From: Callorhinchus milii
Lineage: Eukaryota
Assembly (NCBI RefSeq): GCF_018977255.1
Contig: NW_024704896.1
Span: forward strand, 1-64,000
DNA: 64,000 nt
Reading direction: 5' to 3'
How positions within the stretch are numbered: position 1 is the stretch's first letter; each line of letters opens with the position of its first letter. Below the pieces are notes generated by a model, which was given only the letters and a program-made list of their open reading frames with translations, was not told the DNA's origin and ran no database searches. The position numbers and the translations under genes were made by a program. Below, one piece after another: positions 12,550 through 26,088 of the stretch.

Positions 12550-12717
12550 CACAGAGGCACAGATCAGCGTCTCCGCCCTACAAAAACCGCCATGTGGAGT
12601 CCTGTAGCTCAGTGGGGATAGCATTCGCCTCGCAAGTGAGAGCAAGTGTGTTCGATTCCGGCAGTAAAAGCAGGAACCCTGTTGCTAACCTGCTGGCGGA
12701 TCATTTTTTCAGGTGTA

Positions 12718-13030
12718 ATAATAATAATAATAATAATCCTTGCATTTGATATAGCGCTTTTCACGTCGGTAGGACGTCCCAAAGCGCTTCACAGAATATA
12801 CTGTAAAGTGAGTTGACTGTATATTTGTGGGCGAACGCGGCAGCCAATTGCGCACAGCAATGTCCCACAAACAGTCATAGATTGAAAATGATCAATTTAA
12901 TTATTGTTTTTGTTTTGGAGGTATTATTATTAGGCGTGTGGAGTAAGGAAACTTGCCCAAGGTTTCGCCCTGCCTGGAATTGAACTCAGGTCTCTTGCTT
13001 GCAAAGCGAGTGCTCTGACCACTGAGCTCA
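12718..13030 (-). mobile_element. Young tRNA-derived SINE copy
   Basis: Near-full-length reverse match to 1438-1753 with an (ATA)n tail. Confidence 0.88.
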
Positions 13031-13814
13031 TAATACCTTCAAGATAATAATATTACTAATAAATATGTAAGTTAACCTATGGGTCACTTATGTGAGCAAT
13101 TCGCTGCTGCGTTCAGAGGCATAGATCGGCGATTCCGCCCAACAAAAACTGCCATGTGAAGTCCTGCAGCTTATCAGTTATATTTACAGTTAATCCAATG
13201 TTTCACGGATATTTCGCCTACAAAATATGCAGTTAATTCGTTTGCAGAGCATTATGTGAAGCGCTTTGATGCTCCTCGTCACTCTCCTCAAAAGAGTTCC
13301 CGCTGTCTCCACCTCACTCGAGTCCTCCGCTTCACCCTCGGCGGCCGTGCCTTCAGCCACTATGCCCCGAGCCTTGGAATCTCTTTCCTCACTCGCCCCG
13401 TCTCGCCCTCTCTCTTCCTATTTACAGGGTCTCTTCTGAAGACGTTTCTTTTCGACCGCAACTGTGGTCACCTTCCTCGCCTCCCCCCTGGCTCAGTCAC
13501 GGGATCCGAAACTGTACAGCGCTCTGAGACGCCGTCCGGCTTGGCGGTGATGTGGTGGGGGGTTGGGGGTAGCTCTAAATAAATCCATGTTGTTCTTGTT
13601 TTAAATATGATCAGGTTATTGTCACAGAAATTGCTTCACATACATTGCTATCTAGGTAGATCTGGCCAAGCAACTGTCTTCCTCTGCTATTTTTAATACG
13701 TAGAAGAAGTAAGTTGCATTAATTAGGGTCATTCAAAAAGGGATAGTTAAGGCGGGACGAGGATAATTTGCTTTCAATTATGTCCAATTGCCTACTTGCT
13801 GAAGCCAAAATTCT

Positions 13815-13828
13815 CCTGCAGATGGCGC
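13815..13828 (+). promoter_or_regulatory. Candidate CTCF site
   Basis: CCTGCAGATGGCGC against consensus CCASYAGRKGGCRS. Confidence 0.6.
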
Positions 13829-14594
13829 ACTAAAGATACATATAACATGAGCTGCAACTCACAAAACATGTCACGTCTCTTTCTGTAATTAACTTGTTTT
13901 ACAGCGATAACAGGTGCTTCCTTTCACTGTTGTCATTGGTTCCCTCACACAGACTATTGCTGCTTCAGCTGAAATGTACAAAGATTTTTCTAAACTGTGA
14001 TAAGCGCAAGGTTTAGTTTGATGTAGAAGCGTTTCTTTGGTTGCTTTTTCCATCTTATTGCCTTTCACTCAATTAAGCAGCCGCCCTTTAGTGGAAATCA
14101 CTGCGCATTAAATGTGATAGATTTTGTTGTGGGCACTCTGGTCATTTGTTTCGGTTTAATTTCAGAAGGAGACTTAAACGGACCTCATTTAAATAAAAGT
14201 TGGAATAGATGATACATCTTTATTGATCGATTCATGTCTTGGACGACATTCCAAACAGTAATCTACAAGAATAAAAAAAAACAGTTGCCATTGATGGAGA
14301 GAAGTTTGTTTCGGAGGTGGTAGCGAAGTGTTTAACTGAGAATATACTGCAAGGTGAATTGCTGGTGGGAGAAAAGCAAGGCTGTGTTCCCATCCTTTCA
14401 GAGACCCATTGGTTCCCAATCGCCGGCAGATCAAGTTCAAGATCCTCTGGTTAGTGGGAAACGCCTACAATTGGAGACAGTGAACCACTGAACCCGTCAG
14501 ATCAGCCGCTTCCTCACAACTTGTCACTAAAGCAGCGACACAGCGATATACAAAGGAAGAGATTCCATTATCTGTCCACACCTCAGCAGCCAAC

Positions 14595-15409
14595 ATGACC
14601 GCTCACTGCCAGTTACTGATAGCAATCCTCACCATAGCCAGTAAGTATGTGTGGACATATCCAAGGCATGGCCTTTACATTATATTATATCAGAAGCTTA
14701 GTGTTCAGAGCACTCACCTCACAGGCGAGAGGAACTGTGATCGATTCACGGGCAACTCGAAACTTCCAGCAAGATTGCTTACAGCTCAACCCTCTGTTTA
14801 CCGGCAATAAGTAGGAACCCGGTTGATAATAGTTTCAGGGATAGCTTTCCGAGAGTAATAATATATTAAAGAATAAATCAATCAATAGTAAATTCGTCAA
14901 TCCATGACGGTTTGGGCGACACTGCAGTGCTTAATTAGCTGCAACGTTTCTCCCTCAAAATATGGAGTCAATTCTCATAATAATTTATTCTGTGTGCGCT
15001 TTGAGACGTCCAAACCGTGCGATAACGTGATATAGAAACGAAATTATTATTATAATTATTATGATTGCAAAACTCCATTGAACGTTGCTCAGCAAAATTT
15101 GTTTTTTTTTGTTCTTGCAGATGTCTACGGGCAAGATGTAATATCCCAATATCCTCCCGAGATAACAGATTTTGAAGGACAAAACGTTACACTGAACTGC
15201 AGTTATTCCACATTGCAGACTGCCTTCTGGTACAGGCAATATCCCGATGGAGCTCCTCAGTACCTGTTCAGGATATATGTCTCTGGGAATGTAGACAACC
15301 CTCCTGACCGTTTCACTGCCGAGCTGATCAAGGAGAGTAAAGTAATTAACCTACAGATACTTAGTGCTGTGGTGGGTGACAGCGCTGTGTACCACTGTGC
15401 TCTGGAGCC
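14595..15409 (+). CDS. TRAV/TRDV: TCR alpha/delta V segment, family B copy 1; apparently functional
   Basis: Leader 14595-14640 (MTAHCQLLIAILTIA, A|GTAAGT). V exon 15121-15409 with LNC, FWYRQ and YHCALE. RSS CACACTG (15410) + 23 bp + ACAAAAACT. Confidence 0.93.
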
Positions 15410-16760
15410 CACACTGTTATAGGAAAGCAGATTCCCCGTACAAAAACTCAGCAGAGAATCATTGCCTCGTCTCACACATTTAAGTTAGTGGTTTGAACAG
15501 ACCGATGTGTTTCCATAATTAGGGAGTGTAGTGTACAGAGTCTGTGGAGTCCTGTATGGTTCTGCTTATAACACTCGCCTCACAAGCGAGTGGACCTGGG
15601 TTCAATTCCATGGCAGGTGAAGGCGGAAGCTTAGGCAAGTTTCTTTACTCCACTAACTCGAATCCAACTGTTAGCCGACTGGGTGGAAAGATGTTTTGTA
15701 GCGAATGTTCCCTTCATAAATGAATAATTATAATTTGGTCAATTTAAGACTGTTTGCTGTTCGCTGCTGCATAGAATTCGCTGCCGAGTTTCGCAAACAA
15801 AATATACTGGAAATTTCCTATCGTACGTTCCTTTCAGCAAAAAACAGATGTACTCGATACATAGCGTATTGGGATTAAAGTTTATTACAAGTGTAGGTGA
15901 TCAGTCCACAAAAATAAGGATGCATCAGGAATCCCCGACTGTTCAACTCCCAGGATTATTGGAAAATGTCTTCGTTATATCCTAACCTATCGAAAAGTTG
16001 GTTTCTACGGAACCCTGAGAAGCTATTGATCTCAGTCCCTTAATCACAAAGTTCCTGATACACCATTCTTGTGCATCGCCAAAACATCAAAATCTGGTCA
16101 CTTTCCTAAGGATATCTCGGCCCTATAAGTCAGTGCCTAGAGCACTCGCCTCGCAAGCAGGTGACATTGGTTCGATTCTTATTCGGGCAAAATGTTGGGC
16201 ACGTATCCTAACTGCACACGGCTTGGTTTAAACTTACATTAATTAGTAATCCGGTTGCTACTCAAATGGCTGATAGATTTCCGTGTTAATAGTTCTTTAA
16301 AAAGAGTTAATTAGTCAATCAAGCTACAAATATTTGTGGGCCACCTCTGTTCGTGATCATCTGCCGTTCTGCTCCCACAAATTATCTCCTCAATTAACTT
16401 TACATAATATTCTGTGAAGCGCTTTGAATCGCCTCAACGATGTGATAAGGGGTTACAACAGATGCAAGGATTACTGTTTTTTTTATCTGTAGCTTTGCTT
16501 CAGTCTTTGTAACTAGCTCCCTCTACATTGTCTCTTTCACTCGTTATTGTGGTTTGCCACTGCGAGGCGAAGGGAATCTGAACATAAACGATAGGAGGAG
16601 TAGCAATACGTCTCCAGCAATGAACAGGGACAAAATTATGACGCGGGAATAAGAGTCAACCTCTCAATTGAACAAACGTGTATCCACCAGACGCTGACTT
16701 TAGATGATTTCTGGTTGCAATTCATCAGGATATATTTACGTAATTCGAAGAGAGTTGAGA

Positions 16761-17218
16761 ATGAAGCCGATTTTCAGCACAACGTATATTATTTTGTTTG
16801 TAACAATAAAGCTTTGGTGTAAGTAGTGAATGAATTTGGAAAAACAAATTCGTTTTACCCGCTAAATATTTATAGTTTGTCGCGGCAGACACTTTCCTAA
16901 TTCCTTTGCGAGTATGTTCATTTATGTTATCTTTCCAGGTGCATTGGCTGAAAGTGATGTTTCACAGTCACCTCAGGCCCTGACAGGGAATGAAAATGGA
17001 AATGTATCTATGGAGTGCAACACCACTGTTTCCGTCCCAGCCTTTCAGTGGTACACACAGTATGGAAACGGCTCCATCCGTTTCTTGGTTTTGGGAACAA
17101 GAGACATCGATATGAAGGACAGGATAAGCGCTTTGGCTAATACCAAAGAGAGAAAATGCACGCTAACAATCCAAAACGTGCGAGTGACAGACACCGCCAC
17201 TTACTTCTGTGCGGAAGG
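16761..17218 (+). CDS. TRAV/TRDV: TCR alpha/delta V segment (short, single-copy family); apparently functional
   Basis: Leader 16761-16818 (MKPIFSTTYIILFVTIKLW, T|GTAAGT). V exon 16939-17218 with MEC, QWYTQ and YFCAEG. RSS CACAGTG (17219) + 23 bp + ACAAAAACA. Confidence 0.92.
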
Positions 17219-19035
17219 CACAGTGCTCCGTGTCTAAGAGGGACCTGTACAAAAACATTCTATGTTTACTGCAGCTCAATGGTTAGAACATTTGCTCCGC
17301 AAGCGAGATAATTGGGTTCAATACCGGGCAGATTAAAATGTTGGCCAAGTTTCCTTATTCAACATGCGTCTGTTTACCCAGTAGTAATTAGGAATATGGT
17401 TGTTTATTGATTGATGGATCGCTGTTCCGATGGTAATAATTGCTTGAAATAGAGAAAAAAATTCAATCCACAACTGTTTGTGGGACACTGCTGAGCGCAA
17501 ATGGCTGCGACATTTTGCCCATAACATAAACAGTCAATTTACTTAACCGTGCAACCTACCAAATGCTATGTGTCATCGAACAGGTGATGAAGCGCTATAT
17601 TAAATGCAAAGATCCTAATTATTTTTAATGGTTTACTGAGGCGGAACTCGGAACCCGATTCATAGCAGTTTGGATGATCTCTTTTTTCGGGTGTAATAAT
17701 CCATCAACAAAATGGATCACTCGATCAAAAACTGTTTGAGAGACGCTGCACTATGCACTTGGCTGCCAGGTGTTGTCCACAAAATACACTGTGGATGCAC
17801 TTTACACGGTACCCTCTGAGGATCGTACAGTCGACTCGGAGAAGTGATAAATCGTTATGTTAATTACAAGCGCTTTTATTATAACCCAAAGGTTGGTTTA
17901 GATAATCATACGCATGGAAATGGTTTCCACATATGTCAGACACCGGTTTAACAAAACTATCTGATTATGTATGAAGGATCATTCCGCGAAATAAATCGTA
18001 CAACACAGTAACTGGCAAAAAGTTTCCAGCCGTCTGCACACACTCAGGGGCTTCCACTTAATACAACATCCGACCTCGTTTTAACCATCTATATCACAAT
18101 AAATCTTGAAATTTGATACAGCGCTTCATCTCGTCTCCGCGATGCCTCACAGCACTGCAGAGAATGCAGTATAATGTGTCGTGACTGTGAATTTTATGGG
18201 CGAAACACGGAAACCAATTTGACACAACAGTCGCGGTGTCAGCGATAAAGTTTTGAGAGGTTGTTAACAGGACTTGTTTTTCAAATGTGCTCACCACATC
18301 GAGCACTGTTTGTGAGACAACTTGCGTGCACATGGGCTGCCGCGTTTAGTCCACATAACAAACAGTCACTACAGTTTAATGCACAAACTGAGAAGCGCTA
18401 TGAGAGGTCACAGTAATGTGATCAGGAACTATATCAAATGCATTGATTACTGTCACTTTAGAAGAAGAGTTGTGAAAATCTGCTGTTTGTGAAAGGCGTG
18501 GGATGGGGACTGGGGGGGGAGGGCGAGGAGGGATTGTCCTGCCATCGGATAGTTGGCATAACAAGCGTGGACCTGAGTAACAAAGACAATTAATAAGTAC
18601 ATGATCAGAGTGTCGCCCAACAGAGATTTACCTGCCTCTAGTCTTGTTTCTTGGCCAGTCTCCGCCTCGTGACATGAAAGGTTAACTGATCAGGATGAGT
18701 CCTTCAAGGGAACACAAAAGTGGAACGCATGTACAAGCATTGGAGGAATTTAAGGAGTGTAACTTGCTCCATGTGTCAGACACCCGGCTCCACAGAGACA
18801 TGTCAGTGATGGAAGAGAACCAATGGAGCAGCGAGATGGCATCGCAGAGAAGATGACGAGCAACGAGAGAGACACAAGTTTAGTACGTAACCCTCCGACC
18901 TGCTCCTTCACGGCATATGGCAACTTCTGCGTATGATTTCTTATTCAGCTCATCGCTGTATCGTACTTCCTCTCACCCAACATTCTCCAACTACAGGATC
19001 AACGCACTGTCAACGCCCGGTGCCATTAAATACAC

Positions 19036-19879
19036 ATGACAATGCATATCTATGTGGTAGCAGCCATCACTATCTTGTCAGGTAATCCATCAACTCAATC
19101 AAAAACTCTGTATACCGCAGATGTAATCCAATGCCTATTTTTATTGCATTATATACGCAAAACGCTACAGAACTTTTGGCATTATAGAATCCTGGAGCGC
19201 AGTTGGTATTGCACTCGCATCGCATTGGAGACGACGTGGGTTCCATTCCCGTCCGGAGTGAAAACTTTGATAAATTTCGTTACTGTGAAAACAGAACCCT
19301 GTTTCAATAGCTGTAAAGAGAAATCCTGTTGTAAGTGAATGCGCGTATGGGATTTACTGTTAGAGTGATTCCTACGATTTTATTGATAAATAATTCAATC
19401 AAACCACAGCTGATTTGGGGCTCTTGCGTAATTGATCAAGTGTTTTCTGTTAAGTGTTTTGAGATATTCGAAGTCAAGGTAAGTCGCTGTATCAAATACA
19501 GATATTAATATTATTATTATTACTTTTGTGTATTGTATTGTACGCTGATCTGTCTCTTGTTCCTAGGATATTGTGGAGGAGACTCTGTGACACAGCTCCA
19601 ATATACTGTGACAACGACTGAAGGGAAAACTGTTTATCTGCAGTGTAATTACACAACTACAAACGACAACAATGCATATCTCTTCTGGTACCATCAATAT
19701 CGCAACAAAGCTCCGGAATATATTCTTAATACGTACATCAGGAATAACAAGCAGCAAAGTGCAGAGTTTGCAAAAGAACGATTCTCCACGAACATGTCTA
19801 ACGCGGAGTGAACCGTTCACTTAAATATATCCCAAGTGAGAGTTACAGACTCCTCGGAGTATTACTGTGCACTGAGCCC
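19036..19879 (+). pseudogene. TRAV/TRDV: TCR V family A copy 2 with one in-frame stop in FR3
   Basis: Leader 19036-19081 and V exon from 19567. TGA at 19809-19811 where paralogues have Arg (AERT). The frame continues to YYCALS. RSS CACAGAG (19880) + 23 bp + ACAAAAACT. Confidence 0.9.
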
Positions 19880-20497
19880 CACAGAGGCACAGATCAGCGG
19901 TTCCTCCGTACAAAAACTGTCAGGTGGAGTCCTGTTGCTCAGTAGAGAGGATTCGCCTCGCTTTGTGCACGTTTCCTTATTCCACGAACAACTCTGTTCA
20001 ACGAGCAGTAAAAGAAGGAAACCCGTTGTCATTCGATTGGCGAATCGATTTCCCAGCGGTAATAATTTCTTCAAAGCAATAATATTATTAATGAAGTATT
20101 CACTCAATCAAGTGGGACACTGATGTGAGCAATTGACTGCCGAGTTTCACCCACACAATATGCAGTCAACTCGTGTACAGTCTATTCCGTGAAGCGATTT
20201 GAAGTGTCTCGAATACGAGATATGGCGCTATACCAAGTGAATTAATGCAATGAATTTTATTATCATTATTAAATATAATAATGCTACATTCACATAAATA
20301 ACTTCAAACGTTTTGCTTCCTTGGGATTCTCGCCACGTGTGCATGTCCATCTGTGCTGTTTAAATAAGTAGAGGTACATCCGAAACAATAACTTTCTTTT
20401 ATACAGCAACATTCGCAACCGGAAAAGATAAGATTAACTATTTGAACTATTTGCCGTCAAATGCCTCCAAATGTACACGTGCTTTACCTGCAATCCA

Positions 20498-20511
20498 CCA
20501 GCAGATGGTGA
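20498..20511 (+). promoter_or_regulatory. Candidate CTCF site (weaker paralogous copy)
   Basis: CCAGCAGATGGTGA at the position homologous to 13815. Confidence 0.45.
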
Positions 20512-20809
20512 ACCAAAACATATATATAGCATGAGCTGCAACTCAGATAACTTGTCAGGTTCCTTTCTGTAACTAATTGACTTGTCAGCAATAACAGGTG
20601 CTTCCTGTTACAGGTGACAGACTTCCATCTTGTACACTGTTACTGGATCAGCTGCAATTTACAAAGATTTGAGAAACGCCTACAATTGGAGGTAATAAAC
20701 GACTGAACACATCAGATCAGCCGCTTCCTCACAACTTGTCACTGAAGCAGTAACACAGCGATATACAAAGGAAGAGAGTCCATTATCTGTCCACACCTCA
20801 GCAGCCAAC

Positions 20810-21626
20810 ATGACAGCTCTCTACCTGTTACTGATAGCAATCCTTACCATAGCCGGTAAGTATGTGTGGACATGCCCAGCCATGACCTTTACATTACATA
20901 ATATCAGATGCTTAATGTTTAGAGCACTCACCTCACAAGCGAGTGGACGTGTGTTCGATTCCCGGGAAACTCGAAATTTCCAGCAAGTTGGCCTGAACCT
21001 CAAGCCTCTGTTTACCGGCAGTAACTGGGAACCTGGTTGATAGTTGATTCAGGGATAGCGTTCCGAAAGTAATAATGGATTAAAGAATACATCAATCAAC
21101 AATAGCTTTGTCAATCAATCTATGAAGTTTTGAGCGACTCTGCAGCGCTTAATTGGCTGCAACTTTTCTCCCTCAAAATATAGTCAATTCTCATAATAAT
21201 GTATTGTTTGTGCGCTTTGAGACGTCCAAACCGTGCGATAACGTGATATAGAAATGAAATTATTATTATATTTATTATGATTGCAAATCTCCAGTGAACG
21301 TTGCTCAGCAAACTGTGTGTTTTTTTTGTTCTTGCAGATGTCTACGGGCAAGATGTCGTATCCCTATATCCTCCCGAGATAACAGATTTTGAAGGACAAA
21401 CCGTTACATTGAACTGCAGTTATTCCTCATTACAGGCTGCCTTCTGGTACAGACAATATCCCGATGGTGCTCTTCAGTACTTGTTCAGGATGTATTCCTC
21501 TGGAAAGGTAGACAATCTTCCTGACCGTTTCACTGCCGAGCTGATCAAGGAGAATAAAGTAATTGAGCTGCAGATACTCGGGGCTGTTGTGGGTGACGGC
21601 GCTGTGTATTACTGTGCCCTGAACCC
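20810..21626 (+). CDS. TRAV/TRDV: TCR alpha/delta V segment, family B copy 2; apparently functional
   Basis: Leader 20810-20855 (G|GTAAGT). V exon 21338-21626 ending YYCALN. RSS CACACTG (21627) + 23 bp + ACAAAAACT. Confidence 0.93.
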
Positions 21627-22217
21627 CACACTGTTAGAGGAAGGCAGATTCCCCGTACAAAAACTCAGCAGACACTCATGAACTTAGACAATTTTCCTTT
21701 CTCCACATAGTCACCAATGTTTACCGAGGAGTAAATAGGAACTGTTAGTCGATTGGTGGATCGCATTATTTATGGGTAATATTCCCTTCACAAAGAATTT
21801 TTTTTATTCCGTCAACATGCGAATATTTTTGGGTCACTGCTATGCAGAAATGGCTGCCGCGTTTCTCAAATAAAACATTGCGTAAATTGCCTCACAGTTA
21901 TGCTCAGCAAAATGCTTTGAGGCTTCTCCAGCACGTGATAAGACGTTGGAAATTAATCCGCGTTTTAGCGATTTAATTTCCAAGAGATTTAATTTCCAGA
22001 CTCTGACGTTCCAAAATTTGCCTATTCCAAAAATACATTTGACATATACTCTTCACTCTGTAATCTGAAAATCATTTTGAGATGTCTTCAAGACATATTA
22101 CGGCGCTATGACAAAGGTGAGGATCATGATTTTTATTAATACTCTCCGTATCTCAGTAAACAGAATTGGTAATGTTAGAGAGAAAGATCGAGAGTGAGAA
22201 AGAGAGAGACACAGAAA

Positions 22218-22353
22218 NNNNNNNNNNNNNNNNNNNNNNNNNNNNNNNNNNNNNNNNNNNNNNNNNNNNNNNNNNNNNNNNNNNNNNNNNNNNNNNNNNN
22301 NNNNNNNNNNNNNNNNNNNNNNNNNNNNNNNNNNNNNNNNNNNNNNNNNNNNN
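22218..22353. other. Assembly gap (136 N)
   Basis: Run of n; there is also a single n at 47223. Confidence 0.99.
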
Positions 22354-23353
22354 TATTTGGAAAAATTCCAGGTGTAGCGTGGACGCATGGAAATTAATAA
22401 AGAAAAAATTATAAAAATTAGATTATTTTAGAAGACTTTGTCACTCTAACCACCACAGTTTGTGTGACACTGGTGTGTGCAATTGGTTGCTGTGTTTCGC
22501 GCATATAATACGCCGTCACTCCACTTGACAGAATAACCCGTGTAGCGATTTTAGACGTCTCGAAGACGTGATAAGTGGCTATATCAAAAAATTTATCATT
22601 ATTCTATCTCTCTGTTTCATTGGGATATTCATAATGATAGTGATAGGTATCTACGTATTTCATACACCAGCATAACAACAATAAATGTTAATATATGAAG
22701 CGTCATTCAGCGAAATAATCAGCAGAGAAAAATAACTTGTTGTCATGAATTATGCCAGAAATAATTGTGTCTTGTACCCAAACTTGTGAAACCCAGATGC
22801 ATAGAGCGGAAATGGACCGGAAGGAAACTTTCAACTAATTGGGGCAGAGACATCTGAGAAATTGCTGACATCATGTGATTCCTCCCCTTTTTTGAACCGT
22901 CGCAATGGTTCGTTTCAACTTATTATCAAACTGACAGCTGCCCCCGGGGACTTGATGCCAACACATAGTATAGCCGTCTGCACACACTCAGGGTCTTCCA
23001 CTGAATACCTCGTCCTGCCTTCTTTTGACTATCATAACAATACTTGATGCTTTATCCAGCGCCTTAAATCATCTCTGAGACATGTGGAAGCGCTTCACAT
23101 GATAAACTGTAAAGTGTAGTGACTGCGTATTGTATGGTCGAAATTATAGCAACGATTGAACAAAACAGAGACAATCAAACACTCGCGGTTCGAGTCATTT
23201 TTTTAGGGATAATTAGCCTTTGAAAGCGATTCGCCAATTGACTATCGGATTCCTACTTCGTGTTCTGTAAACAGAGGTGTGTGGAGTGAGGAAAGTTGAT
23301 TAAGGTTTCAAAGGAAACTTGCATTTGTTCATCAAAACGCTGAAAGATTCGTT

Positions 23354-23774
23354 ATGAAGTGCGATTACACTTTAGCATTCCTGCTCCTGAAAGCTGCCGT
23401 GACCCTCTGGGGTGAGTGTGCTTTACAGAAATTGTTTGTAATTCTACTTAAATTAATGGGTGAATTTCACAAACCAATTCTTTTGCATTTACCAGGTGTC
23501 AGTGGTCAGGATACAGTCTCCCAGTCGCCACTCCCTGTGACTGTTGTGGAGAAGGAACAAGTAATTAACAGCTGTTCCACAACAGAATCGCGGGCTTTAC
23601 AATGGTACAGACAGTATCCGAACCAGACCCTCAAACACTTGGTAACAGGACAGACAGGAGAGCAGCAGAAGGAGAGGATCACAGCTACAATGAACTGCAG
23701 AGACCGGAGCAGTAATCTGAGCATCACAGGCACAGAAGTGACAGACGCCGCCACCTACTTGTGTGCAGTGGAGA
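23354..23774 (+). CDS. TRAV/TRDV: TCR alpha/delta V segment (short, single-copy family); apparently functional
   Basis: Leader 23354-23411 (G|GTGAGT), 84-nt intron, V exon 23496-23774 with NSC, QWYRQ and YLCAVE. RSS CACAGTG (23775) + 23 bp + ACACAAACC. Confidence 0.92.
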
Positions 23775-25288
23775 CACAGTGAGACAATCACATGGAGAGG
23801 CCGTACACAAACCCCCAGTGATCAGCCGGCAATTCCCCTCTTGTTCATCACAGTAACTGCTCAGCACTCACTGCCTCTCAGTTTCCCTCAATTTCCTTGT
23901 AAATGACGGGATATTCCTGGCGTGTCTCGAGAAATGTGATGACCTGCAGCTGTGGAGCGAGAGGACCTGGGATCAATTCCCGGGCGAGACAGGGAGAAAT
24001 TTTAGTCAAGTTTCCTTACTCCACATACAATCCTCTCTTAACTGAGTAGGTAGTCGGTTGTTTGTAAATTGGCGGAATGCTTTTCCAGATTAATAATTCC
24101 TTAAATAGGTAATCATTTTAAAATATGTGGGAAAACAATGGCACAGTTTTTGGATCAATTGAATATGAAAATACATTTCAAAAAATTACATTCCGTTATG
24201 GCCTTTCACAGCAGAAGAATATCCCAAGGGAACATGCGGAACGCTGCTGTGTGAAACTTCCTCCCACACTGCGCTCAACAAATATACAATCATTTCACAT
24301 TGCATGATATCGTGTGAGGCGAATTGAGACAACTCGATGATGTGATATGTTCATCTATTAAACTCAATGTTTAACATAATGTTTATTATTATTTCTCGAA
24401 TGCATGATTAGGTGCTGTGTCGAAGGCAAATATTATTATTATGTTTACCGAGATGTTTATATTATTTCGCTTCTGAAGACAAATGTATGGTTATTTTGCA
24501 AGTAGTCAGACGGTGTATTAATCATGGATATTAGTAATAAAAGAAAATTCAAAGTGCTTCATCTGAATTTAGCCTCACATCGATTTACCTCCCTTCATCT
24601 TGGCTCTTAACATAACATTAAATGATCCTTGCATTTGGAATAGAGCGTTTCATGTCTTTAAGACGTCTCAAAGCGCTTCACAGAATTTACCCTAATGTGT
24701 ATTGACCGCATATCTGTGGACGAACCGCGGCAGGCAATTGTGCACAGCAGAGTCCCAAAAAGAGTCTTGGAATGAAACTGACCTATTTATTATTGTTTTG
24801 GAAGGATTACTGTTAGGCGTGTGGGAAAAGGAAACTTGTCCAAAATTCGTGACGGTCTTTGCCTGGAGATCTGCGAAGATAATTAATCAGGATGTGTCCT
24901 TCGAAGAAGAAAGCAAGTTCATTTACACAGGCACATTGACATGCACAGATGGCACACAGATATGCAACTCACGCAATTGTTTTGGATGAACTGAAATCAG
25001 GGTGTATATGTAACTTGCTGCAAGTGTCAGACACCCGGCTGAACGAAGGCACGTCAGTGATGGAGGAGAACCAATGGAGGAACGAGATGGCAGAGCAGAG
25101 AAGTTGACGCACAATGACAGAGGCACAATGATTGTACATAACTCTCAGACCTGCTCCCACACAGTATATGGTAACTTCGGTATGTTGTTTCCTGTTGAGC
25201 CCTCCTCACCGTATCTTATAGCCTCCCAGGAACCATTCTCCAACTGCATCATCAACGCTCTCTCAACGCTCCGCGCCGTTAAATACAT

Positions 25289-26088
25289 ATGGCAATGCTT
25301 ATCCATGTGGTAGCAGTGATCATTACGTTGTCAAGCAAGCGATAAACTCGCTCTGTCAGTGTGTTTCTTGACAGTATTAACCAATGCTTATGTTTTGTAG
25401 ACTAAAATAAGCAAAATCAAGCATGACTCGTAGAGCTTTCTAGCTCACCGAACAGCGAATTGGCCTCCCAAGTGAGAGGAACAGGGTTCGATTCCCGGTT
25501 GAGACACAGTGAAACCTTAGACAAGTTTCCTTACTCTACACATATATGTACATGTTTATCCACATTAAGTACGTGTCATTTCCGTAGTCGATTGATGGAA
25601 CGCATTTCGGGGCTAATAACCCCATAAAAAACTACTACTAATAATGGGGTCACAAAACTTACAATCACATTATATTCTGTGAAGTGTTTGGTGACATATT
25701 AACGGCTTTATAAGGCTCTGTATCAAACACAAGGATAACTATTCTCATTGTTGTTATTGATTTGATGTTTGCCAGGAATTTGTGGAGGAGACAGTGTAAC
25801 ACGGCTCCAATCTATTGTGACAGTGACTGAAGGGGAAGATGTTTCTCTGCAGTGTAATTATACAGTTGCAAACACCGGCTCTGACTCTCTCTTCTGGTAC
25901 CGTCACTTAACCAGCAAAGCTCCAGAGTATATCCTCAGCACATCCAACAACAACAGGATTAAGGACCACGCGGAATTTGCAACAGAACGTTTCTCAACGA
26001 ATGTGTTTCAAGTGGAGAGAACCGCCCCATTGAATATATTCCAAGTGAGAGTTACAGACTCCGCGGGGTATTACTGTGCACTGAGCCG
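25289..26088 (+). CDS. TRAV/TRDV: TCR V family A copy 3; V exon and RSS intact, leader donor is GC
   Basis: Leader 25289-25334 (MAMLIHVVAVIITLS, A|GCAAGC). V exon 25776-26088 ending YYCALSR. RSS CACAGAG (26089) + 23 bp + ACAAAAACT. Confidence 0.82.
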
